A stretch of 64,000 nucleotides of DNA from Actinomycetota bacterium (GCA_035536775.1 DATLNM010000037.1:28526-92525), one strand, 5' to 3'. Numbered from the stretch's first letter, positions 1-11,201 are shown. Notes: a model not told the origin generated them from the letters alone. A program made the numbers and translations.

Positions 1-1
1 G

Positions 2-1126
2 CCGCAGCGCTACGCCGAGCAGTTCGACAAGAAGAAAGACTCCGACTACGACAACCACGTCGTCGCATCAGGCCCGTACTTCATCGAGGAGTGGAAGACA
101 GAGGAGCGAATCACTTTCGCCCGGAACGAGCATTGGAGCGCGGAAACCGACGAGGTGCGCCACGCCTACGCGGACCGTGTTGAGGTGCGTATCGGATTCG
201 ATCCCAACATCGCGGTCAAGAAGATTCAGGATGGTGAGTTCACGATCGGGTGGCCCGACGCGCAGCCGACTGAAGCTCTCCTCGAGAAGACCGTCACCGA
301 CCCAACCCTCAGCAAGCAGTACGTCGAGGGTCCGTCGGGTTGTACGCGCTACATCTACATGAACACCACCGAGAAGCCCTTCGATGATCCGCTTGTACGA
401 CAGGCTGTCAATTACGCTATCGACCGCGCCAACCTCAAGCGTCTCCAGGGTGGTGAAGTCACCGGTGACATCGCAACGAGCATCATCCCGCCGGGACTGA
501 ACGGCCACCTTGCGACTTCGGAGTTCGACCCCTTCCCCTCCGAGAATCTCGCTGGTGACATGGATAAGGCCAAAGAGCTGATGGCCGAGGCTGGGTTCGC
601 TGACGGTTACGACGAGGAGATCTTCGTCGTGGGTTCGTCGACTCCGCCGCACGACAAGTACTTCGAGTCCGTGCGTTCGGACCTCGAGGAGCTGGGCTTC
701 ACCAACATCAAAGAGAAGCTGCCGGAGTTCCCGTTCCAGTACTCGCAGTTCTATGGGATCCCCGCGAAGAACGTCGACATCGGCATCTCTGCCGGTTGGT
801 GCAAGGACTACAACGATGCCTTCACCTTCTTCGACCCCCTCTTCCACGGAGAGAACATCCTCGAGTCCGGGAACAGCAACTACGCGGAGACCGATGACCC
901 CGCCCTCAACGACGCGATCGATGCAGCAGCGCGGCTGACCGATCCGGAGGAGCGTGACTCGGCGTGGTCCGATGTCAACAAGCAAGCATCCGAGCTTGGG
1001 GTGTGGGTGCCGTGGAGCTGGGACTCGGACATCGTGGTGTTCAGTGAGCACGCTGTAGGTGCCTACTACCACACGTTCTACAACGCGATCGACTGGGTCA
1101 ACGTCGGCATCTTGGACGCAGAGTAA
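2..1126 (+). CDS. ABC transporter substrate-binding protein, family 5 (peptide/nickel, DppA/OppA/NikA-like); 5' end outside window
   Basis: The frame is open from base 2 (PQRYAEQFDKK...GPYFIEEWK...), upstream of the first Met at 155. The C-terminal half is typical of family-5 SBPs. It is followed by a cognate permease and two ATPases. Confidence 0.85.
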   Translation, partial: PQRYAEQFDKKKDSDYDNHVVASGPYFIEEWKTEERITFARNEHWSAETDEVRHAYADRVEVRIGFDPNIAVKKIQDGEFTIGWPDAQPTEALLEKTVTDPTLSKQYVEGPSGCTRYIYMNTTEKPFDDPLVRQAVNYAIDRANLKRLQGGEVTGDIATSIIPPGLNGHLATSEFDPFPSENLAGDMDKAKELMAEAGFADGYDEEIFVVGSSTPPHDKYFESVRSDLEELGFTNIKEKLPEFPFQYSQFYGIPAKNVDIGISAGWCKDYNDAFTFFDPLFHGENILESGNSNYAETDDPALNDAIDAAARLTDPEERDSAWSDVNKQASELGVWVPWSWDSDIVVFSEHAVGAYYHTFYNAIDWVNVGILDAE

Positions 1127-1135
1127 GGATCTAAG

Positions 1136-1165
1136 GAAGGGTGGGGCCGAGAGGCCCCACCCTTC
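1136..1165 (+). terminator. GC-rich stem-loop (13-bp perfect stem, GAGA loop) between SBP and permease genes; candidate intra-operon attenuator or mRNA stabiliser
   Basis: gaagggtggggcc-gaga-ggccccacccttc read directly from the sequence. It starts 10 nt after the SBP stop. Confidence 0.5.
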
Positions 1166-1196
1166 ACTCGCGTGAACGAACCGGGATAGGGGAAAC

Positions 1197-2168
1197 GTGT
1201 TCCAGTACTTCATCAGGCGCCTGCTGTGGTCCGTAGTGATGCTGTGGTTGGTCATCTCGGCGGTCTTCGTGATCTTCTTCATCGTCCCTGGCGGCGCGGG
1301 CGGGAAGTGCGGCGAGCACCGGTGCGTGGCCGTCATGATGGCGGGCCGCAACCCGCGTGCATCGGTGTTGAAGAGCGTCGAGAATCGTCTCGGACTGAAT
1401 GAGCCTGTGTACGTGCAGTACGGCCGTTACATCGGCAACGCACTCCAAGGGGATCTCGGCCGATCGTTCCAGACGCAGGAGAACGTTACCGACGCCATCC
1501 TTTCTCGCCTTCCCGCTACGGCGTCGGTTGCGTTCGGCGCCTCGTTCGTCTGGCTAGTCGCCGGCGTCTCGATCGGTGTCATCTCGGGACTCAAACGCAG
1601 GTCATTGCTCGACCGAGGTTCGATGGTGTTCGCCCTCATCGGTGTATCGATGCCAACGTTCTGGCTCGGGCTTCTCGCGATCTTCTATTTCGACTTCAGA
1701 CTCCAGATGTACGACACGGGCTCCTACGTTCCGCTCACCGAGGATCCTTTCGGCTGGTTCAAGATCATGTGGCTCCCGTGGCTCGTCCTCGCATTCACTA
1801 CGGCGGCTATCTATGCACGGATGGTGCGGGGCAACATCCTCGAGATCAAGGGCGAGGACTACATCCGGACCGCGCGTGCGAAAGGGCTGAAGGAACGCTC
1901 GATCGTTCGTCACACTCTCCGCAGCGCCCTTACACCGGTCGTGACCATGTACGGGCTCGACCTCGGCATCCTTCTCGGAGGCACGGTCATCACCGAACGG
2001 ATCTTCAACATCCCCGGGGTGGGGAGCTATACGGTTCAAGCGATCCTTAGCTCGAACCTGCCGATCATCCTCGGAACCACGACCTTTGCGGCGGCATTCG
2101 TGATCCTCGCCAACCTCGCGGTCGACATGTTGTACGCGGTGCTGGACCCGAGGGTGCGTTACTCCTAG
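1197..2168 (+). CDS. ABC transporter permease, DppB/OppB/NikB type
   Basis: 323 aa with a GTG start. N-terminus MFQYFIRRLLWSVVMLWLVISAVFVIFF, EAA-like loop YIRTARAKGLKERSIVRHTLRSAL, C-terminus VDMLYAVLDPRVRY. Confidence 0.9.
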   Translation: MFQYFIRRLLWSVVMLWLVISAVFVIFFIVPGGAGGKCGEHRCVAVMMAGRNPRASVLKSVENRLGLNEPVYVQYGRYIGNALQGDLGRSFQTQENVTDAILSRLPATASVAFGASFVWLVAGVSIGVISGLKRRSLLDRGSMVFALIGVSMPTFWLGLLAIFYFDFRLQMYDTGSYVPLTEDPFGWFKIMWLPWLVLAFTTAAIYARMVRGNILEIKGEDYIRTARAKGLKERSIVRHTLRSALTPVVTMYGLDLGILLGGTVITERIFNIPGVGSYTVQAILSSNLPIILGTTTFAAAFVILANLAVDMLYAVLDPRVRYS

Positions 2169-2232
2169 AGGGGCGAATCACAGACAGCTATGCTGACCTG
2201 CAGAATCCGATGTTGCGGGGGACAGGAGAACG

Positions 2233-3254
2233 GTGAGCGCTGAAGTCCTGCTGGACGTGAAGGACCTGCACGTCCACTTCCCTACCGGCGACGGTGTGGT
2301 GAAAGCCGTTGATGGTCTCTCGTTCCAAGTCCGCCGCGGCGAGACGTTCGGAATCGTCGGCGAGTCAGGTTCGGGAAAAAGCGTGACGTGTCTGACCGCG
2401 CTGGGACTCACCGACTTGACGCGCGCGAAGGTGACGGGCGAGGTCCTCTTCAAGGGCCGTGATCTCCTGAAGCTCGAGAAGGAAGAGATGAGGGATCTCC
2501 GCGGCAAAGAGCTCTCGATGATCTTCCAGGATCCGTTCGCGTGTCTGCACCCCTACTATCGGGTGGGCGACCAGATCGTCGAAGCGATCCAATGTCACGA
2601 GAAGATCCCGAAGAGGCAAGCTGCAGAGCGAGCCATCGATCTGTTGTCTGCAGTGGGCATCCCCCAGCCCAAGGACAGGTTCCGTGGCTATCCGCATGAG
2701 TACTCCGGTGGGATGCGCCAGCGAGCGATGATCGCGATGGCGCTTGCCCACAATCCCGACCTGCTCATCGCCGACGAGCCAACGACCGCGCTCGACGTGA
2801 CCGTTCAGGCGCAGATCCTCGAGTTGATCGATGAGCTGAAACGACAGTTCAACATCGGCGTCATCCTCATCACGCACGACCTTGGTGTCGTTTCGGATGT
2901 CGCTCAGACGGTCATGGTCATGTATGCGGGGCGCGCCGTGGAGCTCGGCACAAAGGATGAGGTGTTCGGGAAGCCGCTGCACCCCTACACGTGGGGTCTG
3001 CTGCAGTCGATACCTCGGCTCGAGATGAAGGGCGAGCGTCTCGTGCCGATCGAAGGTTCGCCGCCATCGCTGATCTTCGTGCCGCCGGGCTGTCCCTTCC
3101 ACCCCCGCTGTCCGCACCGTTTCGAGCCATGCGACAAGGACCGTCCTGACCTCGTCGATCGCGGCGGAGGTCATCCGGACGCGTGCCACCTCACGATCGA
3201 CCAGAAGCGCAAGTTGTGGAAGCAGCGCCAGTCGGGACGCGTGAAGGCACGCGT

Positions 3255-3258
<4 letters not shown>
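2233..3258 (+). CDS. ABC transporter ATP-binding protein, DppD/OppD type
   Basis: Walker A GESGSGKS, signature YSGGMRQR, Walker [13 protein letters not shown], and the oligopeptide-type C-terminal domain (PYTWGLL...GCPFHPRCP). RBS aggaga precedes the GTG. Confidence 0.93.
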
Positions 3259-4400
<1,142 letters not shown>

Positions 4401-5507
4401 GCGGTAAGCCGGTCGCACGCGCAACGCGGACTGCATCGTCGTATTCAGGGGAGCTGGTCACAACCTCGCCACCTCTCGTCCCAAGCTTCATGCGCACGGG
4501 GTGCCCCTCGACGATGACCTCTTTCCATGACCGGTCGAGAACCTCGCGCTGCGCGTCGTACTGCCGCACGCCGAAAGTTGTCGTTTCGTAGAGAAGCATG
4601 TTCGTCACACGACCGGCTTCTGAGGGGTCGGCGAGCGCCGAGATGACGTAGCCCAGACGCCCCTTCTTCATCGACACGGGTGCGACCCACGCGTCGAGCG
4701 CGCCGTTCTCCAGGAGGCGTTCGAGCACGAACGCGACGATCTCGGGAGTCATGTCGTCGATCGTCGCCTCGATCACGGTTACGTGATCTGTTTCTTCAGC
4801 TGTGGTTTCTCCGATGAGAACCCTGACACTGTTTGGATGAACCATCTCGCGATCACCGGCGCCCCAACCCGTCGCGTGGATCTGCAACGGCGGGGTCACT
4901 CCGAAGCTCTCACACACGGACACGAGGAACGCGGCTCCGGTGGGGGTCACGGTCTCACCTTCGCCCGATAGCGTGACGGGCACGCCTGCGAGGAGCTCGG
5001 TGACCGCCGGGACCGGCACCGGCATGATGCCGTGTGCGGTCTCGACGAAGCCCGACCCGAGTGGGAGCGGCGAACAGAAGGCCTCCTCGAGGCGAAGGGC
5101 GAGAAAGGCCGACGCGCATCCGACGATGTCGATGATGGAATCCACGGCCCCCACCTCGTGGAAGTGCACGTGATCTGGTGACATGCCGTGGACCGTCGCT
5201 TCGGCCTTCGCCAGGTGCTCGAATACCCGGAGCGACAGCTGTTTCACCGGAGCGTCCAGGCCGGACTCCTCGATGAGCGCAGCGATCGCCGCGTGGTCCC
5301 GCTCCTCGGACGGCTCGGTCTGGGTGACGCTCACCTTGGTCGCGCGTATCCCGGCCCGGGTGACCGCGCTCACATCGAGTCCGGCGCCTGGAAGCCGGAG
5401 CTGCGCGATATCGGCGCGCACGGCCTCGATCGGGGCTCCGGCGTCGAGAAGGGCGCCTAGGAGCATGTCGCCCGAGGCCCCAGCGAAGCAGTCGAAGTAG
5501 GCGATCC

Positions 5508-6266
5508 TCACGATCGCATCCCGCCATTGAGGATGCGCACCGCGGCACAGGCAGCGCCGTACCCATTGTCGATATTCGTAACCACGACCCCCGCTGCGCA
5601 CGAGTTGAGCATCGTGAGCAATGCGGCCAGGCCTTCGAACGATGCGCCGTATCCAATGCTCGTTGGGACCGCGATGACCGGTGCCGGTGTGACCCCCCCG
5701 ACGACGCTGGCAAGCGCTCCCTCCATCCCGGCGACGACGATCACGACGTCTGCCTCGCGTAACTCGGCTTCTGATGCGAGGACGCGGTGGATGCCTGCAA
5801 CACCGACATCGGTGACTCGCCCGACCACCGCACCGAGTGCGTCCGCGGTCACGGCCGCCTCGTCCGCCACCGGAAGGTCCGACGTCCCGGCGCATACGAC
5901 GACGATCCGACCGGTGAGTTCGTTCTGGGCGCGCCGGAACACGATCATGCGCGCCCGTTCATGGTGCAAAGCATCTGGGAAGGCCGCCACGATCGAACTA
6001 GCCGACTTCGCATCGACCCGCGTCGCCACTACGGGTGATGACGTCACACTGAGCATCCTGTGTGCGATCTCGATGATCTCGTCTGACGTCTTGCCCGCGC
6101 CGTAGATCGCTTCGGGAATGCCCTGACGCAACTCCCGATGCGTATCGAGACGCGCGAAACCGAGGTCTTCGACCGGGCTGCGTCCCAATGCGGAGGCAGC
6201 GTCCTCGAGTGAGACGCGCCCCTCGCGCGTGGCTCTGAGCAGGTCTTTCAGCTCATCTGGGCGCAT
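5508..6266 (-). CDS. larB: Nickel-pincer cofactor biosynthesis protein LarB (AIR-carboxylase/PurE-like)
   Basis: Starts MRPDELKDLLRATREGRVSLEDAA at ATG 6266. PurE-like core VVCAGTSDLPVADEAAVTA...VVAGMEGALASVVGG. Confidence 0.85.
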   Translation of the reverse strand: MRPDELKDLLRATREGRVSLEDAASALGRSPVEDLGFARLDTHRELRQGIPEAIYGAGKTSDEIIEIAHRMLSVTSSPVVATRVDAKSASSIVAAFPDALHHERARMIVFRRAQNELTGRIVVVCAGTSDLPVADEAAVTADALGAVVGRVTDVGVAGIHRVLASEAELREADVVIVVAGMEGALASVVGGVTPAPVIAVPTSIGYGASFEGLAALLTMLNSCAAGVVVTNIDNGYGAACAAVRILNGGMRS

Positions 6267-6291
6267 CTTCCAAGTGTAGGATGCCCGACCG

Positions 6292-6816
6292 ATGCCAGAC
6301 CTGACGCCCCAACAGACAACGACCGCGCTCGCCGCCGTGGCGGCAGTCGCATTGTTGGCGCTGCTGTTGGCGGCGTTCCTTTGGGCCCGCCTCTCGAAGC
6401 TTCGCAAGAACTATCTGATCCTGCGCGGTGACGGTGAAGCGACCGAGATCTTCGCCGTGGTTGGCCGCAGCATCAAAGAGCTTCAGACCCTCGGCGAGAG
6501 CGTGCGTGAGCTCAAGGCGGATCACGATCTTCTTGCCGAAGTGAACCGCTCCGCGATACAGAAGTTCGCGATGGTTCGGTACGACGCATTCGACGATATG
6601 GGCGGGCGGTTGTCCTTCTCGGCGGCTCTCCTTGACGATCGCGGCGACGGCATCGTCATCACCTCGATCAACGGTCGCACCGAGACGCGCACATATGCGA
6701 AGCCCATCAAACAGACGAAATCCCAACACAACCTCTCTCAGGAGGAGGCCGCAGCCATCGCGGCGGCCATGGCGGGCCAGGGTCGCAGCGAGGCCCTCAC
6801 CTCCGCGGCGCGCTAG
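6292..6816 (+). CDS. DUF4446 family membrane-anchored protein
   Basis: One N-terminal TM segment, then VRYDAFDDMGGRLSFSAALLDDRGDGIVITSINGR, as I recall for DUF4446. Confidence 0.7.
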   Translation: MPDLTPQQTTTALAAVAAVALLALLLAAFLWARLSKLRKNYLILRGDGEATEIFAVVGRSIKELQTLGESVRELKADHDLLAEVNRSAIQKFAMVRYDAFDDMGGRLSFSAALLDDRGDGIVITSINGRTETRTYAKPIKQTKSQHNLSQEEAAAIAAAMAGQGRSEALTSAAR

Positions 6817-6823
6817 AGACCCC

Positions 6824-8083
6824 ATGATCGACCTGAAGCTCTTGCGCGACCAACGCGCGGATGTCGAGGTTGCCTATGCCAAACGTGGGGGCGTGGAAGG
6901 GCTCGATGAGATCGTCGAGCTCGATGCTCGCCATCGCGAGATGCTGGCCGAGGTCGAGACCCTGCGTGCAGAGCACAACCGATCGGCGAAGGCGATCGGC
7001 CAAGCTGAACCGGCGGACCGCCCGGCGGCCATCGCAGCCGCAAAGGAGATGTCGGACCGACTGAAGGGGCTCGAACCTGAGCTCGAGGACGTCGCCCAGA
7101 GGCTCCGCGACGCTGCGGCTCACCTCCCAAACCTTCCCCACGACTCTGTCGTTCCAGGCCGGTCCGAGGCCGACAACGTCGTCGAGCGCGAAGTCGGTGA
7201 CAGACCCGAGCTCGACTTCGAGCCGAAGGATCACGTCGAGATCGGCGAACGACTCCAGCTGTTCGACTCGGACCGCGCCGCTCGCACCTCCGGCAGTCGG
7301 TTCGTCTATCTGACGGGTCGCGGTGTCATCCTCGAGCTTGCCCTCGTGCGCTTCTGCATCGACTTCTTATCCGAGCGCGGGTTCACGCCCGTCGTCCCTC
7401 CCGTGCTCGTGCGACGCCCGGCGATGTACGGCACCGGTTTCTTCCCTGCGGACGAGAACGAGTTCTACACGCTCGAGAAAGACGAGCTCTATCTCACGGG
7501 AACGTCGGAGGTGGCATTGGCTGCCATGCACGCCGACGAGATCCTCCCCGACGACGGCTTGCCGCGACGCTACGCGGGGTTCTCGTCTTGCTTCAGGCGC
7601 GAGGCCGGTAGCTACGGCGCTGAGACGAAAGGATTGATCCGGGTCCATCAGTTCGACAAGGTCGAGCAGTTCTCGTTCGCGCACCCCGACGATTCTTGGG
7701 ACGAGTTCGCGACGATCCGTGCGAACCAAGAGAAGATCCTGCAGCTTCTGGAGATCCCCTACCGCGTGCTCGTGATGTGCGCCGGCGATCTGGGCTCGTC
7801 GGCCGCCAAGAAAGTGGACAACGAAGCGTGGCTTCCCGGCGCGCAGCGCTGGCTCGAGCTCACCTCGGCGACGAATGCGACGGATTACCAGGCGCGCCGC
7901 CTGCAGATAAGGCTTCGTGACAAGGGAGGCACACGTCTGGTCCACACGCTGAACGGGACGGCATGCGCAGTGGGGCGAATGATCGTCGCCCTCCTCGAGA
8001 ACCATCAACGCGCCGATGGCGGCGTCGACATCCCCGAAGCTCTTCGCCCCTATACGGGCTTCGCGGAGATAGCTCCCGCCTGA
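6824..8083 (+). CDS. serS: Seryl-tRNA synthetase
   Basis: Starts MIDLKLLRDQRADVEVAYAKRG. Coiled-coil arm, then a class II core (FSSCFRREAGSYG, GTACAVGRMIVALLENHQ). The upstream part of the track ORF (6632-6823) is rejected. Confidence 0.95.
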   Translation: MIDLKLLRDQRADVEVAYAKRGGVEGLDEIVELDARHREMLAEVETLRAEHNRSAKAIGQAEPADRPAAIAAAKEMSDRLKGLEPELEDVAQRLRDAAAHLPNLPHDSVVPGRSEADNVVEREVGDRPELDFEPKDHVEIGERLQLFDSDRAARTSGSRFVYLTGRGVILELALVRFCIDFLSERGFTPVVPPVLVRRPAMYGTGFFPADENEFYTLEKDELYLTGTSEVALAAMHADEILPDDGLPRRYAGFSSCFRREAGSYGAETKGLIRVHQFDKVEQFSFAHPDDSWDEFATIRANQEKILQLLEIPYRVLVMCAGDLGSSAAKKVDNEAWLPGAQRWLELTSATNATDYQARRLQIRLRDKGGTRLVHTLNGTACAVGRMIVALLENHQRADGGVDIPEALRPYTGFAEIAPA

Positions 8084-8107
8084 ATCAAGAGCCGTAGGCT
8101 GCCGGGC

Positions 8108-8190
8108 GGAGGGCTACGGTAATTGGCAACCGGACGGTCTTGAAAACCGTTGCCCGCAAGGGCTTGTGGGTTCGAGTCCCACGCCCTCCG
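8108..8190 (+). tRNA. tRNA-Ser (anticodon UGA), long variable arm, no encoded CCA
   Basis: Acceptor GGAGGGC/GCCCTCC, anticodon stem-loop acggt-CTTGAAA-accgt, T arm gtggg-ttcgagt-cccac. Lies 24 nt after the serS stop. Confidence 0.9.
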
Positions 8191-8221
8191 CAAAAGACCC
8201 TGTTGTCCAAGGAGGAATCGA

Positions 8222-8671
8222 ATGGGGAGCAATGAGGAACTCGACAAGGAGTGGATAGAGCTTCTTAACGAACTGCGCGTGGTCTTGCCCGGCGTTCAGG
8301 TGCTGTTTGCCTTTCTGCTGGCCGCGCCATTCAGTCAGCGATTCACGAGCATCACCGACGTTCAGCAGAACGCATACTTCCTGTCCTTACTTTTCACGAC
8401 GATCTCGGCGGCTCTCCTGACGGCGCCCCCCACGTTTCATCGCCTGCGCTGGCGCCAGGGTGACAAGGAAGAGATGTTGCGGATCATGAACCGGCTGGTC
8501 ATCACGGGTGGTGTGTTCCTGGCCCTGGCCATGACGGCAGCGTTCTTCGTCATCACCGATGTCATCTTCGGCGGTTTCGTCGCCGCCCTTTGGACGACCT
8601 TAGCCAGCGCGACCCTCTTCGGACTGTGGTACGGCCTTGCCCTCATGCGAAAGATCGACGAAGCCGAGTGA
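8222..8671 (+). CDS. DUF6328-like membrane protein
   Basis: RBS aggagg then ATG 8222. Motif WIELLNELRVVLPGVQVLFAFLLAAPFSQRF plus later TM segments. The track ORF start at 8150 would overlap the tRNA and is rejected. Confidence 0.65.
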   Translation: MGSNEELDKEWIELLNELRVVLPGVQVLFAFLLAAPFSQRFTSITDVQQNAYFLSLLFTTISAALLTAPPTFHRLRWRQGDKEEMLRIMNRLVITGGVFLALAMTAAFFVITDVIFGGFVAALWTTLASATLFGLWYGLALMRKIDEAE

Positions 8672-8682
8672 GCCGGAACCCG

Positions 8683-9366
8683 CTAGGAGGTTCGGCGGCT
8701 CGCCACGACCGCGGCTAACGCGCTGACCGAGTTGATCCCTCCATGCAACATCACGGGTGCGAGCAAACCTCCGCTACGAAGCCGCACCCAAGTGAGGGCG
8801 AGACCGGCGATGGCAGTGGCAAGCACGGCGCCCGCCACCGCCATCTGCAGCTTGTGAGTTGAGGGATCGGGGTCGTTGATGCGGACCCCCAGGATCGTGG
8901 GGGAGACGTGCCACAGTCCGAAGGCGAAGGATGCGCATAGCGCCGCGCCGAGTGGAGAAACACCGGCATCTCGCCATACTGCGAATAGAACGCCTCGGAA
9001 GAGCACCTCTTCGGCGACCGCCGTCCCGATCGGGATGCGCGCCAGTACGTAGTAGGCGAGCTGTGCTCTCCGTAGACCGGTCACTCGCTTGTCGGCGATG
9101 CGGTGGGCGTGGCGCGACCGGGCGAGCGCCAACGCCCCCACGCCGAATAGCGCGGTCGCCGTCAACGCGATCCCCGCATCGACCAGGCCGCCATGTAATC
9201 CAAGGTCGGTCCTCGAGAGCCCCAATCTTGCCGTTGCGAGGAGCACGATCGAACCGGTAAAGATCACGTTCAGGGGCACATAGGCGGGGCCATGGAACGG
9301 ACCCCACCTGTTGACCAGGTTGTTGTAGGCAACGATCAACGACGAGAGCGCCAACGCGACCCACAT
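8683..9366 (-). CDS. CPBP family intramembrane glutamic endopeptidase (CAAX protease-like)
   Basis: Motifs EEVLFRG, FGLWH and HGGINS in a polytopic membrane protein. Confidence 0.85.
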   Translation of the reverse strand: MWVALALSSLIVAYNNLVNRWGPFHGPAYVPLNVIFTGSIVLLATARLGLSRTDLGLHGGLVDAGIALTATALFGVGALALARSRHAHRIADKRVTGLRRAQLAYYVLARIPIGTAVAEEVLFRGVLFAVWRDAGVSPLGAALCASFAFGLWHVSPTILGVRINDPDPSTHKLQMAVAGAVLATAIAGLALTWVRLRSGGLLAPVMLHGGINSVSALAAVVASRRTS

Positions 9367-9376
9367 GCGCTAGGAG

Positions 9377-10522
9377 TCAGGCAGCGGGTCGCACACGCTT
9401 GGTGGCCGCGAGGAGCGGCACCGTCAGCAGCGCCGGCCCGATCACCCACAGGGGTCTCATCACCCACCACAGCAGGCTGGGCTCCTCCGGGACGGCCCAG
9501 ACGAAGCGCATCAGTCCGTAGAACATGGCGAAACCGACGGTGTGCCAAAGAAACAGCGGCATGGCGTTGGCCGATAGCCACGCAACGAAGCGCTCCATCC
9601 CCGGACGTTCTGCGACGCGCAGGATGCGCTCGCGTTGCGCTACAACCAGGCCCACCTGAAACGTCAAGAGCGCCACGATGGGAAGTGTCGGCGGCCCCAT
9701 GTTCGAGAATCGGTCCACCGCCGAGGTCGTTCCCACCATCGACCGTGGATACAGCCCCATGTTGGTAAGCCCCACCAAACCTGCGAATCCGATCAGCATG
9801 AGCGCATGCCCAAAGCGCGCCGGCGCGTTGCGCAGACGCTCCCACGACCACCCGACCTGATGGGCCGCTCCCCACACAAAGACCATGTTGAACCATGCGA
9901 AGTGGGGCTGGCCGTAGCGGAAACGCACCAGATCGATCCCCATCGTCATCACCGCCAGCCCGATGGGGACGAGGTAACCCCAGCGCCGGTCGAGTCGGTC
10001 CCAGATGGGAACGGTGGCAACGAGAGCCATGTAGACGATCAGGAACCACAGAGGCGAAAGGACAAGAGTGACAGCGCGGGTTACCCATGGATCAGGCCCC
10101 TCGTGGAGGAATGCCGCGGCGGTCCCTACGCCGGCCACGACGCCTATCAACACCAGGGCCGGCACCCCGAGCTGTATCGCGCGCCGTTTGAGGAAGCTCG
10201 CCCACGCGCCCGGTTTACCCCGGTCGCGCGCCCATGCCCGCGCATGGACGAAGCCGCCGGCCACGAAGAAAAGCGGCATGACCTGCAGCACCCACGTGAG
10301 GCTCCACAACCCCGACACGTAGCCGATCGGGTTGTCGGCATGGGGACCGTCGGTCCGCCACACAAGGATCGTGAAGACCCAGTGCCACAGCACGACGGTT
10401 GTGGTGGCAAGTGAACGCAACAGATCCAGCAGTTCGTCGCGGCCTCCGCCGGGCTGCGCGGGCGGCAGCATCGTGGGGTGGGTCGGTTGCGCCGTCAACC
10501 GGGGCTCGCTCATGGTCTGCAC
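9377..10522 (-). CDS. Acyltransferase family 3 membrane protein
   Basis: 381 aa, about 10 TM segments. N-terminal DLLRSLATTTVVLWHW is typical of Acyl_transf_3. Confidence 0.8.
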   Translation of the reverse strand: MQTMSEPRLTAQPTHPTMLPPAQPGGGRDELLDLLRSLATTTVVLWHWVFTILVWRTDGPHADNPIGYVSGLWSLTWVLQVMPLFFVAGGFVHARAWARDRGKPGAWASFLKRRAIQLGVPALVLIGVVAGVGTAAAFLHEGPDPWVTRAVTLVLSPLWFLIVYMALVATVPIWDRLDRRWGYLVPIGLAVMTMGIDLVRFRYGQPHFAWFNMVFVWGAAHQVGWSWERLRNAPARFGHALMLIGFAGLVGLTNMGLYPRSMVGTTSAVDRFSNMGPPTLPIVALLTFQVGLVVAQRERILRVAERPGMERFVAWLSANAMPLFLWHTVGFAMFYGLMRFVWAVPEEPSLLWWVMRPLWVIGPALLTVPLLAATKRVRPAA

Positions 10523-10607
10523 GCAACTCTAGATGGGTCGGTCTGCGAAAGGGTGCATTCGCCGCCGCGTGATCGCGCAGTCATCAAGTCCCCTCTAGGG
10601 TGCCTCG

Positions 10608-11201
10608 GTGGATGCTGCAGCCGCCTTGGGCGGACTTGGAACTTTCATCGGGCTCGTTCGCGCTCTGCCCCAGTTCATTCGATTGCTCAGAGCGAAGGAC
10701 GCGCACGGGGTTTCGCTGGACAGCGCCGCGACTAGTTGCGTGGTCAGCTCGGCGTGGGCTACATACGGTGTGCTCACCGACCAGCTTGCGGTCGTGCTCG
10801 CGTCGGGGCTCTCTGCAGTGGTGTTCGCGATGATCACCATCCTCGCCCTGCGGTTCGGCCGACGAACGAGAGAGCTCCGAGCTGCTCCAGCGTGGCTGAC
10901 CGTCGTTACCGTTGTCCTCGCCATCGCTGGGTCGGCTGGGCTCGGCGTTGTCCTTGCGGTTAGCGCCCTGGTGGCCAACCTGCCTCAGGTCGTCGTCGCG
11001 TACCGGGAACGCGACCTGACGGGACTGTCACCGTCTACGTGGGCGTTGACAGCATCAGACGGAGCGGTGTGGTCTCTTTATGGAGTCGTCTCTGGTGATG
11101 TTCCGATACTGATCAACAACCTCTTCCAGTTCTCGACGAGCGCCGCGATCGTTGCCCGACGTGTTTCGTGGGATCGGCAACGGCGGATGAGCAGCGACTA
11201 A
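10608..11201 (+). CDS. Double PQ-loop (SWEET/SemiSWEET-related) membrane protein, predicted 7 TM (3+1+3)
   Basis: Two internal repeats: ...RALPQFIRLLRAKDAHGVSLDS...WATYGVL... and ...ANLPQVVVAYRERDLTGLSPST...WSLYGVV..., separated by one extra hydrophobic segment. Confidence 0.7.
   Translation: MDAAAALGGLGTFIGLVRALPQFIRLLRAKDAHGVSLDSAATSCVVSSAWATYGVLTDQLAVVLASGLSAVVFAMITILALRFGRRTRELRAAPAWLTVVTVVLAIAGSAGLGVVLAVSALVANLPQVVVAYRERDLTGLSPSTWALTASDGAVWSLYGVVSGDVPILINNLFQFSTSAAIVARRVSWDRQRRMSSD

Noticed and set aside
68-1351. 427-aa ORF antisense to the SBP and permease genes
   Set aside because: It is Arg/Gly/Val/Pro-rich with no recognisable motif, and it fully overlaps two genes that have strong family signatures. 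This is the typical high-GC antisense artefact.
5512-5895. 128-codon N-terminal extension of larC in the ORF track (and the similar 47-codon extension of larB, 6267..6407)
   Set aside because: The extension is almost pure Arg/Gly/Pro and overlaps larB. The LarC family N-terminus (RIAYFDCFAGASGDM) begins at GTG 5511, which overlaps the larB stop. larB likewise begins at ATG 6266.
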